NCBI GenBank assembly: GCA_039812945.1
Contig: JBDHSZ010000001.1
Location: 17,020-81,019 of the forward strand
Source: Shinella sp.
GTDB lineage: Bacteria > Pseudomonadota > Alphaproteobacteria > Rhizobiales > Rhizobiaceae
DNA length: 64,000 nt
Reading direction: 5' to 3'
Made by a program: the position numbers and the translations under genes. The notes beneath the pieces are model-generated. The model saw nothing but the letters and a program-made list of their open reading frames with translations, did no database searches and had not been told where the DNA came from. Below, in pieces: positions 36,941-46,882 of this stretch. How positions within the stretch are numbered: position 1 is the stretch's first letter; every line of letters begins with the position of its first letter.

Positions 36941-37990
36941 CTAGGAAGCAGGGATGACGTGGACCTTCGTCTCGTCGAAGGCGATGCGGCAGGGCGCGCC
37001 GGGCGCAAGCGCCGGCCGCTCCTGCTGCTTGAGCGTGACCGTCTCGCCGTCGGCGAGCGCGACCTGGATCTCGTGGTGGTCGCCGATATAGGTGCATCTG
37101 GTGAAGGTGGCGGCGAGGCCCCCGGCCTCCACCAGCCGCATATGCTCCGGCCGCACCATCAGCAGGCAGCGCGTCCCTTCCGCCGCCGGCACGCCGGCGG
37201 GCCGCACCGTCATCCCGGCGTCGAGCACGATGGATAGGTCCCCGGCGATCCTGCCCGGCAGCAGGTTGGCGCTGCCGATGAACTGCGCGACGAAACGGGT
37301 CCGCGGCCGCTCGTAGATCTCGTCCGGCGTGCCGATCTGCTCGATCCGCCCGGCATTCATCACCGCGATGCGGTCGGACATGCTGAGCGCCTCCGACTGG
37401 TCGTGCGTGACGAAGACGGTTGTGGTGCCGACATCGCGCTGGATCGCCTTCAGCTCCTCACGGAGCTGCTTGCGCATCAGGAAATCGAGCGCGGAAAGAG
37501 GCTCGTCGAGCAGCAGCACGGCGGGCCGGTTGACGAGCGCGCGGGCGAGCGCCACGCGCTGCTGCTGGCCGCCGGAAAGCTGCGCGGGCCGGCGGGCGGA
37601 GAAATCCAGCATGCCGACGCGCCGCAGTTCGGCCGCAACGCGCTGGCGCCGCTCGGCCGCCGGCACCTTGCGGCGCTTCAAGCCGTATTCGACATTCTCC
37701 GCTACGCTCATATGCGGAAAGAGCGCGTAGTTCTGGAACACGTAATTGGTCGGGCGGCGGGCCGGCGGAAGATGGGTGATGTCCGCGCCGCCGACGACGA
37801 TCTGCCCGGCATAGGGCGGCGCAAAGCCGCCGATCGCCTGGAGCGTCGTCGACTTGCCGCAGCCGCTCGGCCCCAGAAGCGTGAAGAATTCGCCCGGCGC
37901 GATCGCAAGGTCGATGGAGCGAACGGCTTCGACGGCGCCATAGCGGCACACCAGGGAACGCAGTTCCACACCGGTCGGCGATGGGGACAT
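36941..37990 (-). CDS. Polyamine-type ABC ATP-binding protein (PotA-like)
   Basis: GPSGCGKST, VFQNYALFPH, LSGGQQQR, TOBE domain. Confidence 0.93.
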   Translation of the reverse strand: MSPSPTGVELRSLVCRYGAVEAVRSIDLAIAPGEFFTLLGPSGCGKSTTLQAIGGFAPPYAGQIVVGGADITHLPPARRPTNYVFQNYALFPHMSVAENVEYGLKRRKVPAAERRQRVAAELRRVGMLDFSARRPAQLSGGQQQRVALARALVNRPAVLLLDEPLSALDFLMRKQLREELKAIQRDVGTTTVFVTHDQSEALSMSDRIAVMNAGRIEQIGTPDEIYERPRTRFVAQFIGSANLLPGRIAGDLSIVLDAGMTVRPAGVPAAEGTRCLLMVRPEHMRLVEAGGLAATFTRCTYIGDHHEIQVALADGETVTLKQQERPALAPGAPCRIAFDETKVHVIPAS

Positions 37991-38028
37991 CAGGTTATCC
38001 TCAGCTCTAAAGTTTTTTTCATTCCAAA

Positions 38029-38042
38029 ACTGAAATTTCAGT
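38029..38042. promoter_or_regulatory. Perfect 14-bp palindrome, probable GntR operator
   Basis: ACTGAAATTTCAGT downstream of a minus-strand TTGACA (38065-38070); degenerate copy TCTGAAATTTTTGA overlaps the GntR start. Confidence 0.65.
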
Positions 38043-38108
38043 CAGACTACCTTTTCCTTCCCCCTTGTCAACGCTATTTTCCGCAAAACGATCGGGACAG
38101 GGATAGGC

Positions 38109-38777
38109 ATGCGATCTGAAATTTTTGAAGCGCAGGACAAGCGCCAGCGCGACGGCGCGGGCTCCGCGGCCGGCCTTGCCTATGAGAGCATCCGCGACCG
38201 GATCATCTCGCTGGCGCTCGCCCCCGGCGCACCGCTCAACGAGGCAGAGCTGGCAGGCGTCCTCGGCGTCGGCCTGACACCGGTCCGCGACGCGATCAAG
38301 CGCCTGGCGCTCGAGCATCTCATCGTCGTCTATCCGCGCCGCGGTACCTTCGTCAGCGAGATCAACCTTGCCGACGAGCGCTGGCTGACCGAGGTGCGCG
38401 TGGAGATGGAGGGGCTGGCGGCGGAGCTTGCCGCCGCGCGCGCCGGCGTGGAGGAGCGCCGGGCGATCTCCGCCTGCGCCGAGGCCCTGCTCGGCGAGGC
38501 GCATCAATTGCGCATCAACGCGCTCGACACGGAGTTCCACCGCCGCCTCTATCGCGCGGCGCACAATCCCTTCCTGGAAGCCTCGCTGAACCAGTATCTC
38601 AATCTCAGCGTCCGGCTCTGGTACTATTGCCGCGACCGCCTGCGCGCGTCGTCCTCCGACGGGGACTCCCTCAAGCAGGTCGCCGATGCGGTCATGGCCG
38701 GCGATCCGCAGGCGGCCCGCGCGGGCATCGTCGCGCATCTCCGCCGGTCCTCGGCCGATCTGCGCGAGGTGATGTGA
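38109..38777 (+). CDS. GntR family transcriptional regulator
   Basis: LAPGAPLNEAELAGVLGVGLTPVRDAIKRL, PRRGTFV, DTEFH. Confidence 0.92.
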   Translation: MRSEIFEAQDKRQRDGAGSAAGLAYESIRDRIISLALAPGAPLNEAELAGVLGVGLTPVRDAIKRLALEHLIVVYPRRGTFVSEINLADERWLTEVRVEMEGLAAELAAARAGVEERRAISACAEALLGEAHQLRINALDTEFHRRLYRAAHNPFLEASLNQYLNLSVRLWYYCRDRLRASSSDGDSLKQVADAVMAGDPQAARAGIVAHLRRSSADLREVM

Positions 38778-38985
38778 GGCTGCCTCAGCCGGGCAGGTCC
38801 GAAACTCTGGAAATATTCGTTATGGACGATGCGCCGGCCATGCCGCGCCCGTGTGCTGCGCCTGCATACACATTCCGGCCGCCCGCCCCTACGCAAACAG
38901 GACGGGCCTTCGCCTTCGTGCGGCGAAAGCCCGTCCAGCGCGCCTCATCGCGCGGCCTTGCCTTCCGCCCGGGGGCGGAAAGCCG

Positions 38986-40075
38986 TCAGCCGCCGTTGGA
39001 CAGGTTCCCCTGCACGCCCTCGACCAGCCAGTTCATGCCGCGGATATCGGCATCGGCGAGCACCGCGCCGGCGGCGACGCGCTCCTTGCCGGACTGGTCC
39101 TTGAGCGGGCCGGCGAAGGGATGCAGCTTGCCGGCGACGATGGCGTCTTCCGCCGCCTTCATTTCCGCCACCACGCTTTCCGGCAGCTCGGGGCTGTTGG
39201 TCGTCATCTTGCAGAAGCCGCCCTCGCCGAGGCCGCGCCAGCGCGAGGTCGGCTTCCAGGTGCCGTCGAGCGTCGCCTGCACGGACTCGATATAGGCCGG
39301 GCTCCAGTCGAGCACGAAGGAGGTGAGCTGCGCCTTCTTGACGTAGTTCGAGAAGTCGCCGGTGCTGCCGATCGCCCAGACGCCGGCCGCCTCCGCCGCA
39401 AGGGCCTGGACGGGCGTGTTCGGGCTGCCGGAAATGACGTCCGCGCCCTGCGCCACCAGCGCGGCCACGGCATCCTTCTCCTTGGCCGGGTCGATCCAGG
39501 CATTGGCCCAGACGACCTTCAGCACGATATCCGGATTGACGCTGCGCGCGCCCTGCAGGAAGCCGTTCAGGCTGTAGATGACCTGCGGCACCGGATAGGC
39601 GCCGACCCAGCCGAGCACGTTCGACTTGGTCATGCGCGCGGCGGCGATGCCCGTGACATAGGTGCCCTCATAGGCCCGCGCCTCGAAGACGCCGAGATTG
39701 TCGGTGGCCTCGATGCCGGCGCAGCATTCCCATCGGGTGTCGGGGAACATCGGCGCGAGCTTCTTCAGGATGGCGTACTGGCTGAACGAGGTGCCGAAGA
39801 TCAGCTTGTTGCCCTGGGTGGCGAGCTGGCGGAACAGCCGCTCGTTGTCCTGCGGCGGGAAGATGTTCCACAGCACGGTGGTCTTCAGGCGGTCCTTGAA
39901 GGCCGCCTCCATGGCGTCGGAGGCGCGCTTCTGGTCGGCCTCCCAGCCGGTGTCGGATTCGGCCGCGAGGTGGATGATGCCCACCTTCAGCACGTCGGCC
40001 GCCGCGGCGCCGCGGATGCCCGGCAATGTCAGCAGCGGCGCTGCCCAGGATTTGACGTCGTGTGATTCCAGCCAT
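38986..40075 (-). pseudogene. BMP family (purine-type) ABC substrate-binding protein with frameshift in the signal-peptide region
   Basis: ATG 40075 with RBS GAGGA gives MAGITRRQILGSA; the mature domain LLTLPGIRGAAAADVLKVG... is in another frame from about 40036. Confidence 0.8.
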
Positions 40076-40111
40076 GCTTTCCTCCTTTTACATGGATGCC
40101 GATGACGATGG

Positions 40112-41035
40112 TCAGGTCTCGGCCCGGAACGGCTTTCCGAGCGAAGCGGGGACATTGAGGCGGATGAGCGTGCTGTCGCGCGAGATGAGGACGAGCACGA
40201 GGATGGTGGCGAGATAGGGCAAGGCGGTCATCAGCTCGGTCGGCACCGCGACACCCTGCCCCTGCGCGAAGAGCTGCAGCATGCTGACGCCGCCGAACAG
40301 ATAGGCGCCGAGCATCACCCGCTCCGGCCGCCAGGTGGCGAAGACGACGAGGGCGAGGCCGATCCAGCCGCGCCCGGCGGTGATGCCCTCCGTCCACAGC
40401 GCCGCATAGACGACCGAGACATAGGCGCCCGCCACGCCCGCCATCGCCCCGCCGAACAGCGTCGCCGCGTAGCGGATGGCGATGACCGGATAGCCGATGG
40501 CGAAGGCCGCCGCCGGCGCCTCGCCGACCGCCTGCAGCACCAGCCCCGCCCGCGTCCTGCGGCAGAGATACCAGACGCCGGCGAAGAGCAGCCAGGAGAG
40601 ATAGACCAGCGGATGGAGCCGCGCCAGCGAGGGGCCGACGAGCGGCAGACCGGCGACGAGCCCGCCGAGCGCGGAGGGCTCGGCCACCAGCGCCGTGCCG
40701 ACATAGGCCTGGCCGAGGAAGGCGCTGAGGCCGGTGCCGAAGATCGCCAGCGCAAGGCCGATCGCCACCTGGTTGGCCTGCAGGCTGATCGCCAGCACGG
40801 CGAAGACGAGCGACAGCGCCATGCCGGCCAGCATGGCCGCGCCGGTGCCGAGCCAGACATTGCCCGTCGCCGCCACCACGGCGAAGGCGACGATGGCGCC
40901 GGTCAGCATCATGCCCTCGACGCCGAGATTGAGCACGCCCGAGCGCTCCACCACCAGTTCGCCAAGCGCGGCATAGACGAGCGGCGTTCCGGCGACCAGC
41001 GTCGCCACGAGGATGGAGAGCAACTGGTCGATCAT
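40112..41035 (-). CDS. Nucleoside-type ABC permease
   Basis: ERSGVLNLGVEG, GRGWIGLALVVFATW. Confidence 0.92.
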   Translation of the reverse strand: MIDQLLSILVATLVAGTPLVYAALGELVVERSGVLNLGVEGMMLTGAIVAFAVVAATGNVWLGTGAAMLAGMALSLVFAVLAISLQANQVAIGLALAIFGTGLSAFLGQAYVGTALVAEPSALGGLVAGLPLVGPSLARLHPLVYLSWLLFAGVWYLCRRTRAGLVLQAVGEAPAAAFAIGYPVIAIRYAATLFGGAMAGVAGAYVSVVYAALWTEGITAGRGWIGLALVVFATWRPERVMLGAYLFGGVSMLQLFAQGQGVAVPTELMTALPYLATILVLVLISRDSTLIRLNVPASLGKPFRAET

Positions 41036-42111
41036 GGCGCGCTCCTCGGCAGCCGCGGCAGGAGGCGGATGCGATAGGTGATGAAGACGTCGGCGGCGAC
41101 GACGAGGAACAGCATCAGGCCCTGGAACAGGGCGGTGATGGAGGCCGGCCAGCCGAATTCGAGCTGGGCGGCGTCGCCGCTGAGGAACAAGAGGCCCATC
41201 AGCAGGCCGGCGAAGGCGATGCCGACGGCGCTGAGCCGGCCGAGGAAGGCGACGATGATGGCGGCGAAGCCGTAGCCCGGCGACATGGTGGGGAAGATCT
41301 GGCCGATCGGCCCGGACATCTCGCCGACGCCGGCAAGGCCGGCCGCCGCGCCGCTGGCGAGCAGGCTGATCCAGACGGCGCGGTTGACGCTGAAGCCGGC
41401 ATAGCGCGCCGCGCCCTCGGCCAGCCCGATGACGCGGAGCTGGAAGCCGGCATAGCTGCGGTTGAGGAAGACCCAGCCGAGGACGAGCGCGGCGAGCGCG
41501 AGGAACACGCTGGCATTGAGGCGGCTGCCCTCCAGCACGACCGGGAACAGCGCCGCCTGCCCGAGCGGCTCGGATTGCGGCGCGTTGAAGCCGGCCGGAT
41601 CGCGCCACGGGCCGAAGACCAGATAGGTCAGCCAGAGCTGGGCGACATAGTTCAGCATCAGGCTGACGAGGATCTCGTTGGCGTTGAAGCGCGTGCGCAG
41701 CAAGGCGGGGATCGCCGCCCAGAAAGCGCCGCCGGCCGCCCCGGCGAGGATGATTGCCGGCAGCAGCAGCGGGCTGCCGGAGGCGGAGAATTTCAGCGCC
41801 AGCGCGCCGCCGAAGATGATGCCGACGATGAGCTGGCCTTCCGCGCCGATGTTCCAGACGCCCGCCCGGAAGCCGACCGCAAGGCCGACGGCGATGAGGA
41901 TGAGCGGGGCGGACTTGAGCAGCCATTCGCCGATGCCCCAGGTGCTTTCCAGCGGCGTCAGCATGAAGGCCTGCAGCGAGGCCAGCGGATCGCGTCCGGC
42001 AAGGGCGAAGAGCGCCAGCATGAGGACGAGCGTGACGCCGACCGCGATGACCGGCGACAGCCAGGCCATCAGGCGCGAGGGGGCGGCGCGGCGTTCAAAC
42101 ACGAGTCGCAA
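41032..42111 (-). CDS. Nucleoside-type ABC permease
   Basis: WNIGAEGQ, GYGFAAIIVAFLGRL. Confidence 0.92.
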   Translation of the reverse strand: MRLVFERRAAPSRLMAWLSPVIAVGVTLVLMLALFALAGRDPLASLQAFMLTPLESTWGIGEWLLKSAPLILIAVGLAVGFRAGVWNIGAEGQLIVGIIFGGALALKFSASGSPLLLPAIILAGAAGGAFWAAIPALLRTRFNANEILVSLMLNYVAQLWLTYLVFGPWRDPAGFNAPQSEPLGQAALFPVVLEGSRLNASVFLALAALVLGWVFLNRSYAGFQLRVIGLAEGAARYAGFSVNRAVWISLLASGAAAGLAGVGEMSGPIGQIFPTMSPGYGFAAIIVAFLGRLSAVGIAFAGLLMGLLFLSGDAAQLEFGWPASITALFQGLMLFLVVAADVFITYRIRLLPRLPRSAP

Positions 42112-43669
42112 GGCGCATCTCCATGGCGTGGACGGCGGTCTCGGTGGCGGTCGGGCGGCCCGTCATGGCGAGGCCGATCTCGGTGGCGTCAGTCTCGCCG
42201 GTCGGGCGCGGCGGCGACAGGCGGCCGCCGGCGATGACGGCGATGCGGTCGGCGATCTCGAAGAGCTCGCTCAGCTCCTCCGAGACGACGAGAACGGCCG
42301 CGCCGCTTTCGGCAAGGTCGAGCATCGCCTGGCGGATGAAGACGGCCGAGCCGACATCGACGCCCCAGGTCGGCTGGGCGACGACGAAGACCTTCGGCTT
42401 CTGCAGCAGCTCCCGCCCGACGATGAATTTCTGCAGGTTGCCGCCCGAAAGGCTGGAGGCCGGCGCGCCCGTCCCGCCGCACTTGACCTTGTAGTCGGCG
42501 ATGCAGCGACGGGCGAAGGCCTCCACCTTGCCGAGCTGCACCAGCCCGTGGCGCACGAGGCCGGAGCCGGCGGTCAGCAGCGCGTTCTCCGACAGCGGCA
42601 GCGAGGGCACCGCGCCGCGTCCCAGCCGCTCCTCCGGCACGAAGCAGAGGCCCATCGCCCGCCGCTCGCGCGGGCCGAGATGGGCCGCCGCGACGCCGTC
42701 GATGCGCACGGCCTGCCGCGCGGCGAGCCGCCGCTCGCCGGAGACGACCTCCATCAGCTCCTTCTGGCCGTTGCCGGAAACCCCGGCGATGCCGACGATC
42801 TCGCCGGCATGAACCGTCAGGTCGATATCGGCAAGCGAGACGCCGAACGGGTCGTCCGAACGGGTCGAGATGGCCTCGAGCGAAAGCAGCGGCCTTGCCG
42901 ACGCCGCCGGCACGCGCCGGCTGAAGGAGGGCAGTTCCGCGCCGATCATCAGCCGGGCGAGGCTGGCGGGCGTCTCGTCCCTCGGCGTGCAGACGCCGGA
43001 GACGCGGCCATTGCGCAGCACCGTCGCCGTGTCGCAGAGCGCGCGGATCTCCTCCAGCTTGTGGCTGATATAGAGGATCGAGCAGCCCTCGGCGGCAAGC
43101 TGGCGCAGCGTGCCGAACAGTTGCTCGACGGCCGGCGGGCTGAGGACCGAGGTCGGCTCGTCCATGATGATGAGCCGCGGTGATTGCAAAAGGCAGCGCA
43201 CGATCTCCACCCGCTGGCGCTCGCCGACCGACATGGTGTGGACGAGCCGGGTGGGATTGACCGGCAGGCCGTAGCGCGCGGAGACCTCGGCCACCTGCGC
43301 CGACAGGCTGTCGATATCGGGCCGGCCGGCAAGGGCGAGGCTGATGTTCTGCGCCGCGGTGAGCGTTTCGAACAGCGAGAAATGCTGCATCACCATGCCG
43401 ATGCCGAGCGCCTGCGCGTCGCGCGGCGAGCGGATGCGAACCGGCGTGCCGTTCCAGGCGACCTCGCCGGCATCCGGCCGCACCAGGCCGTAGATGATCT
43501 TCATCAGCGTGCTCTTGCCGGCGCCGTTCTCGCCGAGCACGGCATGGATCTCGCCGGGCCTGACCTTGAGGTCGACGCGGTCGTTGGCGATCGTGCCCGG
43601 ATAGGCCTTGCATATGCCCGCAAGCTCCAGCCGGTTGGCGGAAGGCCCCTCGTCACCGTCCCTGGTCAT
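42095..43669 (-). CDS. Nucleoside-type ABC ATP-binding protein
   Basis: GENGAGKST, MSVGERQR, LSGGNLQK. Confidence 0.93.
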   Translation of the reverse strand: MTRDGDEGPSANRLELAGICKAYPGTIANDRVDLKVRPGEIHAVLGENGAGKSTLMKIIYGLVRPDAGEVAWNGTPVRIRSPRDAQALGIGMVMQHFSLFETLTAAQNISLALAGRPDIDSLSAQVAEVSARYGLPVNPTRLVHTMSVGERQRVEIVRCLLQSPRLIIMDEPTSVLSPPAVEQLFGTLRQLAAEGCSILYISHKLEEIRALCDTATVLRNGRVSGVCTPRDETPASLARLMIGAELPSFSRRVPAASARPLLSLEAISTRSDDPFGVSLADIDLTVHAGEIVGIAGVSGNGQKELMEVVSGERRLAARQAVRIDGVAAAHLGPRERRAMGLCFVPEERLGRGAVPSLPLSENALLTAGSGLVRHGLVQLGKVEAFARRCIADYKVKCGGTGAPASSLSGGNLQKFIVGRELLQKPKVFVVAQPTWGVDVGSAVFIRQAMLDLAESGAAVLVVSEELSELFEIADRIAVIAGGRLSPPRPTGETDATEIGLAMTGRPTATETAVHAMEMRLATRV

Positions 43670-44080
43670 CTCCCCCCCCCCGGTTCCCGCTCCGTCCTCG
43701 GTGCTGCCGGCCCCCCGCCCCTCCTACCGGGCGACAAGCCTGCTTGCTATTGATTGAATGCAATTACTAGTCAGAGAAGCATGCAATTCAGGGGCAGTCA
43801 ATGCATAACCACTGAAATTAGCCGGCTGCCCGGCGGCATTCCGATCCTGCCGGGAAATGCCGCAGGATGCGGGGAAAAAGCATCTTTGTCCAGAGTTTCA
43901 AGGGGTTTACGCGAATGTTGGCGCCTCCTTTCGCGCCCTGCTTGCAGGACGGGGCGACAGCCGATAAAAATGCGGAGCGACCTGGCAAGGCCCCGATGGC
44001 GTCCGCTGCGGCGGCGAGGGGTGCCTGTGGCTCGCATTTTTATTGCATGCACTCCCTGAGACGCATTTGAGGATATCTAC

Positions 44081-44791
44081 TTGTCGGTGGTGAAGACGTC
44101 GAAGAAGCAGGAGAACGGCCGCTCCCAGACCGTTTACGGGGTTTTGAAACGGGCGATCCTGGAGACCGCCATACCGCCCGGCACGAAGCTGCCGGAGGAT
44201 TCCGTCGGCGAGAGCCTCGGCGTCAGCCGGACGCTGGTCAAGGAGGCGCTGGTGCGCCTCAGCGGCGAGGGGCTGGTGGAGATGCAGCGCAACAAGGGCG
44301 CCTGCGTCGCGCGGCCGACCGTCGAGGAAGGCTACGACATGTATTCCATCCGCATCGCCCTGGAGCGGCTGGTGGTGGAGAACCTGACCGGCAATCTCAG
44401 CGAGGCCGACTGCCAGGTGCTCGAGGCCCATATCGAGATGGAGGACAGGGCGCGCAGCGGCGATCCGCGCATCTCGATTCGTCTTGCCGGCGAATTCCAT
44501 TGCCTGCTCGCCCAGATGACCGGCAATGCGGTGCTGGCGCGCTACATCAACGAACTGGTGTCGCGCACCTCGCTGGTCGTCACGCTCTATTCCCGGCCGC
44601 ATTCCTCCGAATGCAGCCTTTCCGAACATGGCGAGATCCTCGCCGCCATCAAGAACGGCGACCGGAAGACGGCCGTCGAGATGATGGCGCGCCACCTCGA
44701 ATGCACCATGGAGCGCGCGCTGCTGGTGTCGGGCAAGGACACCAGCCTGAAGAACATCCTAGCCAACTATTTCGAGGACCCCGTCGACTGA
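44081..44791 (+). CDS. GntR family transcriptional regulator
   Basis: PPGTKLPEDSVGESLGVSRTLVKEALVRL, GEFH, EH; TTG start after GAGGA. Confidence 0.9.
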   Translation: MSVVKTSKKQENGRSQTVYGVLKRAILETAIPPGTKLPEDSVGESLGVSRTLVKEALVRLSGEGLVEMQRNKGACVARPTVEEGYDMYSIRIALERLVVENLTGNLSEADCQVLEAHIEMEDRARSGDPRISIRLAGEFHCLLAQMTGNAVLARYINELVSRTSLVVTLYSRPHSSECSLSEHGEILAAIKNGDRKTAVEMMARHLECTMERALLVSGKDTSLKNILANYFEDPVD

Positions 44792-44876
44792 CGGTCGGCC
44801 GGGAACGCAGGAGAACGCGCGCCCCCGGCCGTTCCTGCCGCGCATCCTCCTCACGGGGGAAGGAAGGCGCGGCGGA

Positions 44877-44919
44877 TAAAAAGGGAGCGGCACCCCCAGG
44901 GGAACCGGGCGCCGCTCCC
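44877..44919 (-). terminator. Rho-independent terminator of the Dpp operon
   Basis: GGGAGCGGC...GCCGCTCCC stem preceded by an A-run on + (U-tract on -). Confidence 0.6.
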
Positions 44920-44932
44920 GAAGGTGGCGGCG

Positions 44933-45868
44933 CTAGCTGCCGCCATCTCCGCCCGGCCCGGGCCGGTGCTTGACGAGGGTGAGGCGCGTCTTCGGGTCGA
45001 GCGAGTCGCGCAGGCTGTCGCCGAGCAGGTTGAACGCCATGACGAGCAGGGTGATCGCAAGGCCGGGAATGGCCGCGATATGCGGGGCGACGAAGACGAA
45101 GCTGCGGCCCTCGCTGGTCATGATGCCCCATTCGGCGATCGGCGGCTGCACGCCGAGGCCGAGGAAGCTGAGCCCCGCCGCGGTGATGACCACCGCCCCG
45201 ACGATGGTGCAGCTATAGACGACGGAGGCGGCCACCACGTTGGGCAGCATCTCGACGAACAGGATCTTGAGGTCCGACGTCGCCATGGCGCGCGAGGCCT
45301 CGACATAGGCGAGCTCCCGCTCCTGCCGGGCGGCGGCATAGACGACGCGGGTATTGTAGGGCACCAGCGTGATGACCAGCGCGATCATCATGTTGACGAG
45401 GCCGGGGCCCATCAGCGCGGCGAGCATGATCGCGAGCAGCGCCATCGGGAAGGCGAAGAGCACGTCCATCACCCGCATGATGACCTCGCCGAGCCGCGGA
45501 TACCAGGCGCCGATCAGCCCGAGCGGAATGGAGATGGCCGCGCCGAGCACGACCGGCAGGATGCCGGAGATGAGCGTCAGCCGCGAGCCGTGGATGAGGC
45601 GCGAGAGGATGTCGCGGCCCTGGTTGTCGAGGCCGAGGAGGTGCCCCTCCGTGCCCGGCGGCATCAGGCGCAGCGCCGGATCGGCCTCGTTCGGCGGGAA
45701 GGGCGCGATCCACGGCGCGAGGATCGCCATCAGTACGAGCAGGAAGATGATGCCGGCGGCGACGCGCGCCACCGGATCGCCGATGACGCCGCACCAGACG
45801 AAATAGAGGTTGGTGCGCCGCTGCGGCATCGGTTTAGCGGGCGCGATGGTCTCGGAAACAGCGCTCAT
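44933..45868 (-). CDS. Dpp/Opp-type ABC permease (DppC-like)
   Basis: HLLGLDNQGRDILSR, AGLSFLGLGVQPP, GDSLRDSLDP. Confidence 0.93.
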   Translation of the reverse strand: MSAVSETIAPAKPMPQRRTNLYFVWCGVIGDPVARVAAGIIFLLVLMAILAPWIAPFPPNEADPALRLMPPGTEGHLLGLDNQGRDILSRLIHGSRLTLISGILPVVLGAAISIPLGLIGAWYPRLGEVIMRVMDVLFAFPMALLAIMLAALMGPGLVNMMIALVITLVPYNTRVVYAAARQERELAYVEASRAMATSDLKILFVEMLPNVVAASVVYSCTIVGAVVITAAGLSFLGLGVQPPIAEWGIMTSEGRSFVFVAPHIAAIPGLAITLLVMAFNLLGDSLRDSLDPKTRLTLVKHRPGPGGDGGS

Positions 45869-45875
45869 GGGCGTC

Positions 45876-46826
45876 TCACCGTTGCTTGGGGTCGAGGGCG
45901 TGGACGATGACGTCGGAGATCAGGTTGCCGAGCACGAAGACCAGCGCGACGATCAGCACGCAGCCCTGGATGACCGGCACGTCGCGCTGTAGGATGGCGT
46001 CGAACAGCAGCAGGCCGATGCCCGGCCAGTTGAAGATGATCTCGGTGAAGATGACGCTGCCGAACAGATAGCCGATCTGCAGGCCGCCGATATTGGCGAA
46101 GGTCGGCAGCGTGTTGCGCACGGCATGGCGCAGCACGATCTTGCGCCGGCTGAGGCCGCGCGCGCGGGCGGCGAGGATATAGGGCTGGCCGAGCACGTCG
46201 ATCATGCGCGAGCGGGTGACGCGGGTGACGACGGCGATCGACGAGGCGGCCGTGGCGATGGCCGGCAGGACCATGTGGTGCAGGAGCTGGCCGAGCCCGC
46301 CCGGATTGACCATGTTGTACATGCCGGAGATCGGGAACAGCTTCCATTTGAAGCCGAAGAAATAGAGCAGCACGATGCCGAGCCAGAACACCGGCAGGCT
46401 GGCGAGCACCAGCGTCAGGCCGACGACGAGCTTGTCCGTCAACTGGCGGAAGCGCGGGGCCGAGAGCACGCTGAGGATGAAGCCGAAGACCAGCACGAAG
46501 AACAGGCTGCCGGCCATCAGGATCAGCGAATTGCCGATCTTCGGGATGAGGATCTTGGTGACCGGGAGCTGCTGGGAGATCGAATTGCCGATATCGCCCT
46601 TGAGCAGGCCGGCGAGCCAGGTGAGATATTGCACGATCAGCGGCCGGTCGAGGCCGAGCTCCTGGCGCAGCGCGACGAGCTGGTCCTGCGTCGCCATGCG
46701 GCCGAGCAGCGTCAGCGCGATGTCGCCGGGCACCAGTTGCAGCGCCATGAAGACGATGACCGTGACGCCGACCAGCACCGGTATGGCGTAGACGAGGCGC
46801 GTTCCCGCGAAAGAAAGGATCGACAT
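45876..46826 (-). CDS. Dpp/Opp-type ABC permease (DppB-like)
   Basis: YILAARARGL, HAVRN, EIIFNWPGIG. Confidence 0.93.
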   Translation of the reverse strand: MSILSFAGTRLVYAIPVLVGVTVIVFMALQLVPGDIALTLLGRMATQDQLVALRQELGLDRPLIVQYLTWLAGLLKGDIGNSISQQLPVTKILIPKIGNSLILMAGSLFFVLVFGFILSVLSAPRFRQLTDKLVVGLTLVLASLPVFWLGIVLLYFFGFKWKLFPISGMYNMVNPGGLGQLLHHMVLPAIATAASSIAVVTRVTRSRMIDVLGQPYILAARARGLSRRKIVLRHAVRNTLPTFANIGGLQIGYLFGSVIFTEIIFNWPGIGLLLFDAILQRDVPVIQGCVLIVALVFVLGNLISDVIVHALDPKQR

Positions 46827-46847
46827 GGCAGCCTCCCGACTGCGCGT

Positions 46848-46872
46848 CCGGCTGCCCTTCGCGGGCAGCCGG
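46848..46872 (-). terminator. Intercistronic GC stem-loop after the SBP gene (mRNA stabiliser or partial terminator)
   Basis: CCGGCTGCCC-N5-GGGCAGCCGG perfect 10-bp stem. Confidence 0.5.
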
Positions 46873-46882
46873 CGCGGATCGA

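Noticed and set aside
43915-43947. Possible sigma54 promoter upstream of gntR
   Set aside because: The GG and TTGC elements are not at the required spacing.
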